Part shown: piece after piece, positions 1 to 9,666 of the stretch | How the letters are laid out: each line of letters starts with the position of its first letter | Position numbering within the stretch: the stretch's first letter is position 1 | Source: an uncultured Planctomycetota bacterium | GTDB taxonomy: Bacteria; Planctomycetota; PLA2; JAEUHO01 | Length of the DNA: 64,000 bases | Direction of reading: 5' to 3' | NCBI GenBank assembly: GCA_963752285.1 | Contig: CAVVXN010000001.1 | Span: forward strand, 448,001-512,000 | The notes under the pieces: generated by a model | Database searches by the model: none | The model's input: only the letters and a program-made list of their open reading frames with translations | Told to the model about the DNA's origin: nothing | Translations under genes and position numbers: made by a program

Positions 1-1
1 G

Positions 2-1069
2 GCTGCGGGGGCCGAGGCGACCGAGCCCGCGTCGAAGATGGAGATCGCGCTCCAGGCGCTCGTGAACGAGGGCCCGGGTCTCGACTTTCGGCAGCGCTAC
101 GTGCGCCTCGCGCGCATCGTCGCCTCGACCCACGACTTCGAGCGCATGGCCGCCGCCCATGTGGGGGCGCGGTTCGCTGACCTCGACGAGGCCGCAAGGA
201 AGCGCCTGGAGGACCTGCTCTTCAAGCGCGTCGTCGCGGAGTACGCGCGGCACTTCGACAGCCAGAGCGCGCCGAAGCTCGCGCTCGGTCCCGCGAAGGA
301 AGAGGGGGAGGCCGCGCGGGTCGAGCTCCGGGAGGACGACCGCCCCGTCCTCTCGTTCCGCGTCACGGCCGGAGCGGACGGCGCCTGGCGGATCGACGAC
401 GTGCGGTGGGAGGGACAGGACCCCCTCGAGAAGGAGCGCCAGGAGAACGAGCGCGTGCTCGTGGCGGGCGGCGTGGCGGCGCTCGAGAAGCGGTGGACCG
501 CCGCGGTCCCGCTCCCCGGCGGCGGCGCGGACACCGCCGCCACCCCCAAGGCCGTCGTGCAGAAGCTCCAGGACGGCATCGTAGCGATCATGAAGGACGC
601 GAAGGGCCTCGGGTACGAGGGGCGGTACGGGCGCTTCGAGCCGCTCGTCCGTTCGACGCACGATCTCGACACGATCGCCGAGCTCGCGCTCGCTCGTCAC
701 TGGAACGAGCTCGACACCGACCAGAAGAAGCGCTTCACGGAGCGATTCGACCAGCTGGCGATCGCGCGGTACGCGGGCCGCTTCGACGGCTACTCGGGCG
801 AGCGCTTCGAGATCCTGGACGAGAAGGACGCGGGGCGCACCCACACGGTGCGGAGCGCGCTCTGGAAGTCCGACGGCCAGCGGGTCCTCTTCGACTGGGC
901 GCTGAGGAAGACCGGGGGGGCCTGGAGGATCCTGAACATCACGGTGGACGGGGTGAGCGACCTGGCCACGAAACAGGCGGAGTACGGCGCGATCCTGGAG
1001 GGCCAGGGGTTCGACGCCCTGATGGCGAAGATGGCCGAGCAGATCCGGCGGCAGGAGACAGGATCCTGA
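2..1069 (+). CDS. Tandem two-domain MlaC/Ttg2D (HpnM-like) lipid-binding protein; frame open to the window edge, so probably 5'-partial
   Basis: Two similar repeats (..RYVRLARIVASTHDFERMA.. and ..RYGRFEPLVRSTHDLDTIA..), ending in WRIDDV and WRILNITVDGVSDLA, typical of MlaC/HpnM; directly upstream of hpnN. Confidence 0.8.
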   Translation, partial: AAGAEATEPASKMEIALQALVNEGPGLDFRQRYVRLARIVASTHDFERMAAAHVGARFADLDEAARKRLEDLLFKRVVAEYARHFDSQSAPKLALGPAKEEGEAARVELREDDRPVLSFRVTAGADGAWRIDDVRWEGQDPLEKERQENERVLVAGGVAALEKRWTAAVPLPGGGADTAATPKAVVQKLQDGIVAIMKDAKGLGYEGRYGRFEPLVRSTHDLDTIAELALARHWNELDTDQKKRFTERFDQLAIARYAGRFDGYSGERFEILDEKDAGRTHTVRSALWKSDGQRVLFDWALRKTGGAWRILNITVDGVSDLATKQAEYGAILEGQGFDALMAKMAEQIRRQETGS

Positions 1070-3783
1070 CCCCCGATCCGGACGCCGGCGCGGGCCCGGG
1101 CGGCGGTCGCGCGCGCGGGGGGGGCGGCGCGCCTCGGGGCTTCGCCTCGCGGTGGGCGCGCGGCGCGGCGCGGCGTCGCGTCCCGGTCCTTTTCGCGACG
1201 CTGCTCCTCTTTGCCGCGGCCCTCCTGTTCGCGTGGAACCACCTCGGCATCGACACGAACCTCGACGAGATGCTCTCGGAGGACCTGCCCTTCCGGCGCG
1301 CGAACGCGCGCTTCGACGCGAAGTTCCCCCAGTCGGTGTCGAACCTCGTGATGGTCGTGGAGGCGGACACCCCCGAGGGCGCGCGGGACGCCGCGCACGA
1401 CCTCGCCGGCCGCCTCGAGGCCCGTCCCGACCTCTACGCGTACGTGCGCGTGCCCCGCGCGGAACCGTTCCTCGAGGCGCACGCGTTCTACTACCTCGAC
1501 CCGAAAGACCTCGACGACCTCGCCGACCGGCTGGTCCAGGTCCAGCCGTTCCTGGGCCGGCTCACGCGCGACCCGAGCCTCCGCGGTCTCTTCGAGATGC
1601 TCGCCCGTGCCCTCGAGGAGCGGGCGAAGGGCGGCGCGTTCGACGTGACGCCGCTCGTCCTGGAGGTGGACCGCGCGGTCTCGGCCGCGCGACAAGGCGC
1701 GCCGTACCGGACCTCCTGGCAGTCGCTCATGCGCGGCAAGCAGGAGCCGGAGAACGACCGACGGCAGTTCGTGCTGGCTCGGGCCGGGCTCGACTTCGAG
1801 AGCCTCTACCCGGCGCGGCGCGCCATCGCGACGGCCCGCGCGCTCTTCCGAGAGACCGCGCGGGAGCTGGTCGCGCGCTCCCACGGCCTCGCGGCGGCCC
1901 CGCGCCTCCGCGTCACGGGCGGTCTCGCGATGGAGCACGAGGAGCTCGAGACGGTCACGCGCGGCATCGAGTGGCTCGGTCTCGCGAGCTTCGTCCTCGT
2001 GGGCGTGATCCTCGGCGTCGGACTCCGCTCCGGCCGTCTCGTCCTCGCGTCTCTCGCGACCCTCGTGGTGGGGCTCGCGCTGACGGCGGCCTTCGCGGCC
2101 CTGACGGTGGGACACTTGAACCTGATCTCCGTCGCGTTCGGCGTGCTGTACATCGGGCTCGGCGTGGATTACGCGATCCACTTCTCGCTTGGCTACCGGG
2201 ACGCGCTGGCCGAGGGCCGGTCGAACCTCGACGCGATCACCGAGGCCGCGGCCGACGTGGGGAGGCCGCTCTTCCTCTGCGCCGCCACGACCGCGCTCGG
2301 GTTCTACGCGTTCGTGCCCACCGCGTACCGGGGCGTGTCGGAGCTCGGGTGGATCTCGGGCTCGAGCATGTTCATCGGCCTCGCGGTCACGCTGACCGTC
2401 CTGCCGGCGCTCCTCCACGCCCTGCCGCTCCCGCCCGGCCGCGCCCGATCGCGTCCGTCGGCGCCCGGCCGGATCGCGCGGCTCGCCGACGTCCCCGTGC
2501 GCCACCCGGTCGCCGTGGTCTCGGGAGCCCTCGTGCTGGGCGTCGTCGCCGCCGCGCTGCTCCCCTTCATCCGGTTCGACCTGAACCCGGTGGACCTCCG
2601 CGACCCCGACACGGAGTCGGTCTCGACCTTCCGCGACCTCCTCGCCACGAGCCCGACGCCACCGTGGAGCGTGACGGTGCTCGCCGACGACGCGGCCGCC
2701 GCCACGGAGCTGAAGCGACGCCTCTCGGCCCTTCCGACCACCGACCGGGTCGTCACGATCGACAGCTTCGTGCCCGACGCGGACGACCAGCAGCGGACCC
2801 GCGGCGTCCTCGAGGACCTTTCGCTCGCCATGGGGCCGGGCCTCCTCACGCTCGCGCCGAAGGCCGCGCCCTCGTTCGAGGCGCAGCGCGCGGCCGTCGC
2901 GGACGCGCGCCAGGAGGACGACCGCTGGCTCTCGACCGACGCGGGGAGGAACGACGCCGCCGCACGCGCGCTCGCGAGCGACCTCGCGGGGCTCGAGCGC
3001 GCGCTCGATCACCCCGGCGCGGCCGCCCTGCTCCAGCGGCTGGAGGCCTCGCTCCTCGACACGATGCCCGAGAACCTCGATCGGCTCGAGAAGGCGCTCG
3101 GGGCCCAGGCGTTCACGGCGGACGACCTCCCCGCGGCGCTCGTCGCGAGGTGGCGGTCGCCCGGCCCGGGCGCGCGATGGCGCGTGGAGGCGTTCCCCGC
3201 GCGCGACCTCGACGACATCGACGCCCTGCGGAGCTTCGTGCAAAGCGCGCAGTCGATCGCGCCCGAGGCCACCGGCGCGCCCGTGATGATCGTGGAGTCG
3301 GGCTACGCGATCGTGCGTGCGTTCTTCGAGGCGCTCGCCCTCTCGGCGGGAGCGTGCACGCTCGTGCTGCTCCTCCTGCTCCGGCGGCCCGGCGCGGTGC
3401 TGCTCGTCCTCTCGCCGCTCGTGTACGCCGCGCTCCTCACGGGCGGCGCGACGGTCCTGCTCGGTGTGCCGTTCAACTTCGCGAACGTCATCGCGCTGCC
3501 CCTCCTCTTCGGCATCGGCGTGGACGGCGGGATCCACGTCGTCCATCGCGCGCGTTCGGCGCCCCGAGGCGAGAACCCGATCCGGACGAGCACGGGGCGG
3601 GCCGTCGTGTTCTCGGCCCTGACGACGATCGGGTCGTTCGGGAACCTGGCGTTCTCGCAGCACCCCGGCACGGCGAGCATGGGGCTGCTCCTGACCGTGG
3701 GCGTCCTCGCCGTGCTCCTCGCCACGCTCGTCCTGCTCCCGGCGCTGCTCGCCCTCCGCGACCGGCGGGTGGGCCGCGCGTGA
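1066..3783 (+). CDS. hpnN: Hopanoid transporter HpnN (MMPL/RND family); start uncertain, probably CTG 1066 or ATC 1063
   Basis: Two TM bundles with GLGVDYAIH and GIGVDGGIH motifs, FNFANVIALPLLFG, SQHPGTASMG; lies in a hopanoid cluster. Confidence 0.9.
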   Translation: MTPDPDAGAGPGGGRARGGGGAPRGFASRWARGAARRRVPVLFATLLLFAAALLFAWNHLGIDTNLDEMLSEDLPFRRANARFDAKFPQSVSNLVMVVEADTPEGARDAAHDLAGRLEARPDLYAYVRVPRAEPFLEAHAFYYLDPKDLDDLADRLVQVQPFLGRLTRDPSLRGLFEMLARALEERAKGGAFDVTPLVLEVDRAVSAARQGAPYRTSWQSLMRGKQEPENDRRQFVLARAGLDFESLYPARRAIATARALFRETARELVARSHGLAAAPRLRVTGGLAMEHEELETVTRGIEWLGLASFVLVGVILGVGLRSGRLVLASLATLVVGLALTAAFAALTVGHLNLISVAFGVLYIGLGVDYAIHFSLGYRDALAEGRSNLDAITEAAADVGRPLFLCAATTALGFYAFVPTAYRGVSELGWISGSSMFIGLAVTLTVLPALLHALPLPPGRARSRPSAPGRIARLADVPVRHPVAVVSGALVLGVVAAALLPFIRFDLNPVDLRDPDTESVSTFRDLLATSPTPPWSVTVLADDAAAATELKRRLSALPTTDRVVTIDSFVPDADDQQRTRGVLEDLSLAMGPGLLTLAPKAAPSFEAQRAAVADARQEDDRWLSTDAGRNDAAARALASDLAGLERALDHPGAAALLQRLEASLLDTMPENLDRLEKALGAQAFTADDLPAALVARWRSPGPGARWRVEAFPARDLDDIDALRSFVQSAQSIAPEATGAPVMIVESGYAIVRAFFEALALSAGACTLVLLLLLRRPGAVLLVLSPLVYAALLTGGATVLLGVPFNFANVIALPLLFGIGVDGGIHVVHRARSAPRGENPIRTSTGRAVVFSALTTIGSFGNLAFSQHPGTASMGLLLTVGVLAVLLATLVLLPALLALRDRRVGRA

Positions 3784-4778
3784 CGCCACGCGCGGGTATG
3801 CTGGCGCCCCGCGCGCGTGGCCGCGCGGCGCGAGGGAGGAAGCGCTTGCGGACGGTGCGCGCGAGTCGCTGGGCGCCGTGGGCCCTCCTCCTCGCCGGGA
3901 GCCTCGGCGGGTGCGGGTCGCTCAACCAGAACGTGTTCGAGCTGAACCGCCACGTGGCCAACGCGGTGCGCCCTGTCGTGGGCCTGATCCTCCTCGTGCC
4001 CGAGCCGCTCCGCGACCGCGTACACGCGCTCCTCGAGAACCTCCACTACGGCGACGTGGTCGTGAACCAGCTGCTGCAGGGGAAGCCCGAGCTCGCGGGA
4101 CGGGACCTCGTGCGGTGGGTGGTCAACTCCACCCTGGGCCTCGCGGGCCTCTTCGACGTCGCGAAGGAGCTCGGGTACGAGGCCCACGACGAGGACTTCG
4201 GTCAGACGCTCGCGGTCTGGGGGTTCCCCGAGGGCGAGTACCTCGTGCTGCCGCTCGTGGGGCCGAGCACCTCGCGCGACGCCGCCGGCCTCCTGATCTC
4301 GTACTTCACGGACCCGTCTCGCTACGTCCCGAGCGGGCTCGCGGCGGAGACCCTGACGGTCGTCTCGTACGCGGACCAGGCCGTCGGCTCCCGGAAGGGC
4401 CAGGCGACGCTCGCGTCGGAGGCGATCGACGAATACGAGTTCGCGAAGGAGGCCTACCGCCAGCACCGCCGGTTCCTGATCTACGACGGCCGCCCGCCCC
4501 TCGCGGGCGGCTCCGACCTCGACGCGGCGCTCGACGCGCTCGAGAAGGAGACGGGGAAGGACACCGGGAAGGGCACGGGACGGGCCGGCGGGCCGGGCGC
4601 GGAGGCGAAGGAGGGCGCGCCGACGGTCGAGGGCCTTCCGGGACTCGAGGACCTCGGCGCCGGGGCTCCGGTGCGTTCCGTCGAGGACCTGCCGGGCCTC
4701 GACGACGTCGGGCCGGACGCGACGGAGTCGCCGCCCGCCGGCGCGGCGACGCTGCCGGGTCTCGAAGAGTCGAAGTGA
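3780..4778 (+). CDS. mlaA: MlaA/VacJ family lipoprotein with low-complexity C-terminal tail; start could be 3798 or 3855
   Basis: Lipobox-like LGGC, NSTLGLAGLFDVA, EDFGQTLAVWG, YLVLPLVGPSTSRDA. Confidence 0.88.
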   Translation: MTPRAGMLAPRARGRAARGRKRLRTVRASRWAPWALLLAGSLGGCGSLNQNVFELNRHVANAVRPVVGLILLVPEPLRDRVHALLENLHYGDVVVNQLLQGKPELAGRDLVRWVVNSTLGLAGLFDVAKELGYEAHDEDFGQTLAVWGFPEGEYLVLPLVGPSTSRDAAGLLISYFTDPSRYVPSGLAAETLTVVSYADQAVGSRKGQATLASEAIDEYEFAKEAYRQHRRFLIYDGRPPLAGGSDLDAALDALEKETGKDTGKGTGRAGGPGAEAKEGAPTVEGLPGLEDLGAGAPVRSVEDLPGLDDVGPDATESPPAGAATLPGLEESK

Positions 4779-4808
4779 CGACGGTCCCGGGGCTACGATC
4801 GGCCGCGC

Positions 4809-5849
4809 ATGCCGCGCCGGGCCTCGATCGTCGTCTCGCTCCTCGCCGCCGCCGCGGGCGTCGGCGTCCTCGTCCACCTCTTCGCGACGACCGACCTCGC
4901 GAGCCGGGTCGGCACCCTGCCTCCCGCGGTGCTCCTCGGCGTCCCCGCCTTCGCGATCGCCGCCGCGCTCGACACGGTTTCGTGGGTCTGGGCGTTCCCG
5001 CGCGAGGCGCGGGACGTGCGTCCCTCGTTCGCCGCGCTCTTCGTGATCCGCCTCGCGGGCGAGGCGATCAACAACGCGCTCGCCTCGGCGTACGTGGCGG
5101 GCGAGCCGGTGAAGGGGCTCCTCGCCTCGCGCCACGGGCCCCGTCCGGCGATCGGGCTCGCGTCGGCGCTCGTCGGCAAGACCACCACCGTGCTCGGCGA
5201 GGTGCTCTTCCTGCTCCTCGGCGTCGCCGTCGCGCGGGCGGTGCTGCCGCGTGACCACCCGATCGTGTCGCTCCTCCTGCCGATCGCGGGGGTGGGGCTC
5301 GGCGTCGTCCTCGTGGGCATCTTGTTCCAGACGAGACGGGTGTTCGGGCGCGGTACGCGACTGCTCCGGGCGCTTCGCCTCGGCCCGCGCCGTGTCTACG
5401 ACCGCGCGCTCCCCGCGGCCGACGCCATCGACGACGCCGTCCGCGGCTACTACCGGCATCAGCGCACGGACTTTCTCGTCTCCACCCTGTTCGGGTTCCT
5501 CGGTTGGGTCGCGGGCGCCTTCGAGGTCTGGCTGTTCCTCCGCCTCGCGACGCCGGCCGAGGACCCCCTCGCGCTCGCGGTCGTCGTGGAGGCGGCCGTC
5601 GCCGTCGTGAAGGGCCTCTCGTTCTTCGTGCCCGCCTCGGTCGGCGCGCAGGAGGGGGGGATCGCGTGGCTGTTCGGCGCGCTCGGCCTCGGCGTCGAGA
5701 CGGGCCTCCTCTACGCGCTGCTCCGTCGCGCACGCGAGGTCGTGTGGATCGGGATCGGGTTCGTGGCGCTCGGCGTGCTGGTGCGGCGGCCCGCGCGCGC
5801 GCCGGTCGGGGCCGAAGCGGGCCTCTCCGCGGAGGCCGGCCCGGGATAG
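4809..5849 (+). CDS. Lysylphosphatidylglycerol-synthase TM / flippase-like membrane protein (UPF0104/HpnL-like)
   Basis: Multi-TM; GEAINNALASAYVAGEPVK, FFVPASVGAQEGG, LLRRAREVVW. Confidence 0.8.
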   Translation: MPRRASIVVSLLAAAAGVGVLVHLFATTDLASRVGTLPPAVLLGVPAFAIAAALDTVSWVWAFPREARDVRPSFAALFVIRLAGEAINNALASAYVAGEPVKGLLASRHGPRPAIGLASALVGKTTTVLGEVLFLLLGVAVARAVLPRDHPIVSLLLPIAGVGLGVVLVGILFQTRRVFGRGTRLLRALRLGPRRVYDRALPAADAIDDAVRGYYRHQRTDFLVSTLFGFLGWVAGAFEVWLFLRLATPAEDPLALAVVVEAAVAVVKGLSFFVPASVGAQEGGIAWLFGALGLGVETGLLYALLRRAREVVWIGIGFVALGVLVRRPARAPVGAEAGLSAEAGPG

Positions 5850-5988
5850 GGCGCCACGGCCCCGGCGGCGGTCGTCCCGTCCCGCGCCGGCGCCTCCCGC
5901 CATTCGCGATTCGTTCGGGCGCACCGTGGTAGAACCCGGGCGCCGGGGGGGCAGTCGGGCCCGATCCCCGCATCCACGAGGTACGAGG

Positions 5989-6795
5989 GTGCGCCTCCCC
6001 CGCCTGGCCCTCCTCACGGGACTCCTCGCGGCCGGGACCGCGGCCCCCGTCGCGGGCGCGGCGAACGGCTGCTCCGGGGCGCGCACGAGCGAGCTCCCCC
6101 GGGACGAGAGCCGGATCGAGGTCGGCCGCCCCGAGCCTGCCCCCGCGGCCTCGGCGCCCGCTCGGCCGGCGGAACGTCCGACGACGTCCCCGACGACCCC
6201 GGCGGGCGGGGCGCCCGCTTCGGGCCCCGCGCGACCGGCGCTCCCGCCGCTCGCGGAGAGCGCGTTCACGCCGCTCGTCCTCGACGGGGCCCGCGGCGGA
6301 TCGCTCGCGTACGACCTCGAGGGCGGCGTCGAGGCGGTCGGGGCCATGCTCCTCGACTACGACCATGCGGACGGACAGCGCGCGTGGGCCGAGACGTACC
6401 GCACCGTGGGCCGCGACGGCGACCGAGAGCGCGCGGAGTGGAAGTTCCGCGGGAAACTCGGGGTCGCCCCCCGCGTCGTCCTCGATCTCGAGCGGGAGCG
6501 CGTCGAGGGAGACGCGATCCGCGTGCGCTTCCAGCTCTCGGAGACGGCGTTCGGGTTGAAGCGGTTCTTCGGAGACTGGCGCGTCGAGCCCGTCGCCGGC
6601 GTCCCGGACCGCGCCCACGTGACCGCGCGTGTCTTCATCGACTCGGGTCTCCCGTTCGTGAACGCCTCGCACGACGACGTGCGGGACGGGCTCCGCGAGG
6701 ACGCGCGCCTCATGCGGGCGTGGATGGACCGGCGGCTCGCGTCCGCGCGGTCCACGGGCGCCGAGGCCCCGGGTCGTCCTGGAGGTGGTCGATGA
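5989..6795 (+). CDS. Exported SRPBCC/START-like (cyclase/dehydrase fold) protein
   Basis: Signal-like N-terminus, Pro/Ala linker, then LLDYDH..W and LKRFFGDWRVEP pattern of SRPBCC domains; stop overlaps the ino1 start (ATGA). Confidence 0.55.
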   Translation: MRLPRLALLTGLLAAGTAAPVAGAANGCSGARTSELPRDESRIEVGRPEPAPAASAPARPAERPTTSPTTPAGGAPASGPARPALPPLAESAFTPLVLDGARGGSLAYDLEGGVEAVGAMLLDYDHADGQRAWAETYRTVGRDGDRERAEWKFRGKLGVAPRVVLDLERERVEGDAIRVRFQLSETAFGLKRFFGDWRVEPVAGVPDRAHVTARVFIDSGLPFVNASHDDVRDGLREDARLMRAWMDRRLASARSTGAEAPGRPGGGR

Positions 6796-8153
6796 ACGCC
6801 GTTCCGATCGATCCCTGTCGCGGCCGGCTGGGCGTCCTGCTCCCGGGCATGGGCGCGGTCGCCACGACCTTCATCGCGGGCGTCGAGCTCGCGAAGAAGG
6901 GGAAGGGCGACCTCTTCGGGTCCGTCACGCAGCACCAGCACATCCGGCTCGGCAAGCGCTACGAGGAGCGGCGTCCGCTGATTCGCGAGGTGGTCCCGCT
7001 CGAGAAGCCCGAGAACCTCGTCTTCGGCGGTTGGGATCTCTTCCCGGACGACGCGTGGCAGGCGCAGGAGAAGGCGGGCGTCCTCTCCGCCGCGACGCTC
7101 GCTCCCGTCGAGCAGGAGCTCCGCGGGATCCGACCGATGCCCGGCGCGTACGACCCGGCGTTCCTCAGGAACCTCGTCGGGACGCACGTGAAGAAGGGCG
7201 GCTCGAAGATGGACCTCGCGCGCCAGGTCATGGACGACGTCGAGCGGTTCCGCGAGGCGCACGACCTCGAGCGTCTCGTCATGGTGTGGTGCGGCTCGAC
7301 GGAATCGCACCTCGTACCCGGTCCGCACCACCAGACGATCGAGGCGTTGGAGGAGGCGTTCGAGCGTCACCCCGAGGTCGTCCCGCCGTCGATGATCTAC
7401 GCGTACGCGGCGCTCCGCCTCGGCGTTCCGTACGCGAACGGCGCCCCGAACCTCTCCGTGGACGTCCCCGCGATGGTCGCGCTCGCCGAGACGCGAGGTG
7501 TCCCCATCGCCGGCAAGGACTTCAAGACCGGGCAGACGCTCCTGAAGACGGTGATCGCGCCGGGGTTGAAGGCGCGCATGCTCGGCCTCCAGGGCTGGTA
7601 CTCGACCAACATCCTCGGGAACCGCGACGGCGAGGTGCTCGACGACCCCGGCTCCTTCAAGACGAAGGAGGAGAGCAAGCGCGCGGTCCTCGACTCCATC
7701 CTCGAGCCGGAGCTCCATCCCGCCCTCTACGGGAACGTGACGCACAAGATCCGCATCGACTACTACCCGCCGCGCGGGGACGCGAAGGAGGGCTGGGACA
7801 ACATCGACATCGTCGGCTGGCTGGGCATGCCGATGCAGATCAAGGTCAACTTCCTCTGCCGGGACTCGATCCTCGCCGCGCCCCTCGTCCTCGACCTGGC
7901 GCTCTTCCTCGACCTCGCGAAGCGGAGCGGGCTCGCCGGCATCCAGGAGTGGCTGTCCTTCTACTTCAAGGCCCCCCTCTGCCGTTCGGACCTACGTCCC
8001 GAGCACGGGCTCTTCGTGCAGGAGCTCAAGCTCATGAACACGCTCCGGATCCTCATCGGGGAGGAGGTGCTCGACCACGCCGGGCTCGACTACTACGATC
8101 CCGAGCGGGGCACGCCGGTCGTCGCGCCCCCGCCGCGACGCCCCGCGCCGTGA
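6792..8153 (+). CDS. ino1: myo-Inositol-1(3)-phosphate synthase
   Basis: GMGAVATT, FGGWD, GKDFKTGQT, STNILGNRDG, YYPPRGDAKEGWD, CRDSILAAP, SFYFKAP; GGAGG SD upstream. Confidence 0.95.
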   Translation: MNAVPIDPCRGRLGVLLPGMGAVATTFIAGVELAKKGKGDLFGSVTQHQHIRLGKRYEERRPLIREVVPLEKPENLVFGGWDLFPDDAWQAQEKAGVLSAATLAPVEQELRGIRPMPGAYDPAFLRNLVGTHVKKGGSKMDLARQVMDDVERFREAHDLERLVMVWCGSTESHLVPGPHHQTIEALEEAFERHPEVVPPSMIYAYAALRLGVPYANGAPNLSVDVPAMVALAETRGVPIAGKDFKTGQTLLKTVIAPGLKARMLGLQGWYSTNILGNRDGEVLDDPGSFKTKEESKRAVLDSILEPELHPALYGNVTHKIRIDYYPPRGDAKEGWDNIDIVGWLGMPMQIKVNFLCRDSILAAPLVLDLALFLDLAKRSGLAGIQEWLSFYFKAPLCRSDLRPEHGLFVQELKLMNTLRILIGEEVLDHAGLDYYDPERGTPVVAPPPRRPAP

Positions 8154-8180
8154 CCGCCGTCGCGGGACGGCCCGCCGCCC

Positions 8181-8205
8181 GGCGCGCGCGCGGGTCGCGC
8201 GCGCC
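8181..8205. promoter_or_regulatory. GC-rich hairpin in the ino1-HAD gap (possible mRNA stabiliser or attenuator)
   Basis: GGCGCGCGCG-cgggt-CGCGCGCGCC, 10-bp perfect stem, no U-tract. Confidence 0.3.
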
Positions 8206-8260
8206 AGAACTTGGATCCCCGTCACCCACCGGTTGAGATTCCGGTTTCCCTCGCCGAGAC

Positions 8261-8935
8261 GTGATGCTCCCCGACGCGATCCTCTTCGACTTCGGCGGCA
8301 CGCTGGATGCCGACGGCGTCCCGTGGAAGGACCGGTTCCGCGCGCTCTTCGAGGCCGAGGGCGCGACGCTCGGTCCCGAGGCGTTCGACCGCGCGTTCTA
8401 CGACGCGGACGACCCGATCGTGGACCGCGCGGACCCGGGGAGCACGTACGCCGCGACGGTCGAGGAGCTGTCCCGCGCCCTCGCGGCGGCCGTCGGCCGG
8501 CCCGATGCCGCGGCGCGCGTCGCCGCGCGCTTCCTCGGTGCGTCACGGGCGCGCATCGACGCGAACCTCGCCGTGCTTCGTCGCCTGGCGAGGCGCCACC
8601 GGATCGGGGTCGTCTCGAACTTCTACGGAAACCTCGACGCCGCGCTCCGCGAGACGGGGCTCGACGAGGTCGTCGAGGCCGCCGCCGACTCGGCCCGCGT
8701 GGGCGCGAAGAAGCCCGACGCCGCGATCTTCGCGTGGGCGCTCTCGCGACTGGGCGTCCCGCCCGGGCGGGCGGTGATGGTCGGCGACTCCGTCGGGCGC
8801 GACGTGGAGGGCGCCCGTCGTCTCGGCATGCCGTATCGGCTGCTGCTCCGCGCCGAGGCGACCGCGCCGCCGGCCGGCGTGGACCCCGCCTGGGTCATCC
8901 GCTCCCTCGGGGAGCTCGAGGAGGGTCTCTCGTGA
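8261..8935 (+). CDS. HAD-superfamily hydrolase (phosphatase-like)
   Basis: FDFGGTLD, VVSN, KKPD, VMVGDS..RDVEGA. Confidence 0.9.
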   Translation: MMLPDAILFDFGGTLDADGVPWKDRFRALFEAEGATLGPEAFDRAFYDADDPIVDRADPGSTYAATVEELSRALAAAVGRPDAAARVAARFLGASRARIDANLAVLRRLARRHRIGVVSNFYGNLDAALRETGLDEVVEAAADSARVGAKKPDAAIFAWALSRLGVPPGRAVMVGDSVGRDVEGARRLGMPYRLLLRAEATAPPAGVDPAWVIRSLGELEEGLS

Positions 8936-9666
8936 GCGACGCGGTGATCGAGTCCGGCGGCGTCATCGCGGCCGGAGAAGGAAGTCGTCTGCGCGAGCGG
9001 GGGAGCAAGGCGCTCGTCGAGGTGGGCGGGGAGGCGCTGCTCGGACACGCGATCCGCCGCCTCCTCTCGGCGGGCGTAAAGCGGGTGGTGGTCATCGTCC
9101 GCGAGGAGGACCGCGCGCTCGAGCCGTGGATCCGGAGTCGCTTCCCCGACGTGGACGTAGACGTCGTCGTGAAGACCACCGCCTCGTCGGCCGAGAGCCT
9201 CTGCGAGGTCGTGAATCGGCTCGACGTTCCGCGCGTCCTGGTCTCGACCGTGGACGCCGTGCTGCCCGACGACGCGTTCCTCGCGTTCGCGCGCGCGGCC
9301 GCCGCGCGCCCGCCCGACGCCCTGGGCCTCGGCGTCACGCCGTGGGTGGACGACGAGAAGCCCCTCTGGGCCGACTGGGACGACACGGGCCGCGTGACCG
9401 CGCTGGGCGGGCCCTCGGGCAGGGGCGCGACGGCCGGTCTCTACGTCGTCCCGCGCGACTTGCCCTCGCTGGTGGGGGAGGGCGCGGGGCGTCCCCTTCG
9501 GTCGCTGCTCGGGACCTGGGTCGGGCTCGGTCGGCCGACGTGGGCCGAGGTGCTCGAGAAGGTCGTGGACGTGGACCGTCCGATCGACGTGGCGGAGGCC
9601 GAGTCGCTCTGGCGCGACGGGGGGCCGGCCGGACGGGACGATCGCGACGCGGGAGCCTCCTCTTGA
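8932..9666 (+). CDS. Nucleotidyltransferase (NTP_transferase family; candidate inositol-phosphate cytidylyltransferase)
   Basis: GVIAAGEGSRL...KALVEVGG, DDEKPLW, VDVDRPIDV; GTGA overlap with the HAD gene. Confidence 0.85.
   Translation: MSDAVIESGGVIAAGEGSRLRERGSKALVEVGGEALLGHAIRRLLSAGVKRVVVIVREEDRALEPWIRSRFPDVDVDVVVKTTASSAESLCEVVNRLDVPRVLVSTVDAVLPDDAFLAFARAAAARPPDALGLGVTPWVDDEKPLWADWDDTGRVTALGGPSGRGATAGLYVVPRDLPSLVGEGAGRPLRSLLGTWVGLGRPTWAEVLEKVVDVDRPIDVAEAESLWRDGGPAGRDDRDAGASS

Noticed and set aside
406..1065. N-terminal extension of the 1125-aa ORF (hpnN frame)
   Set aside because: Arg/Gly/Pro-rich off-frame translation overlapping the real MlaC gene; the transporter starts near 1066
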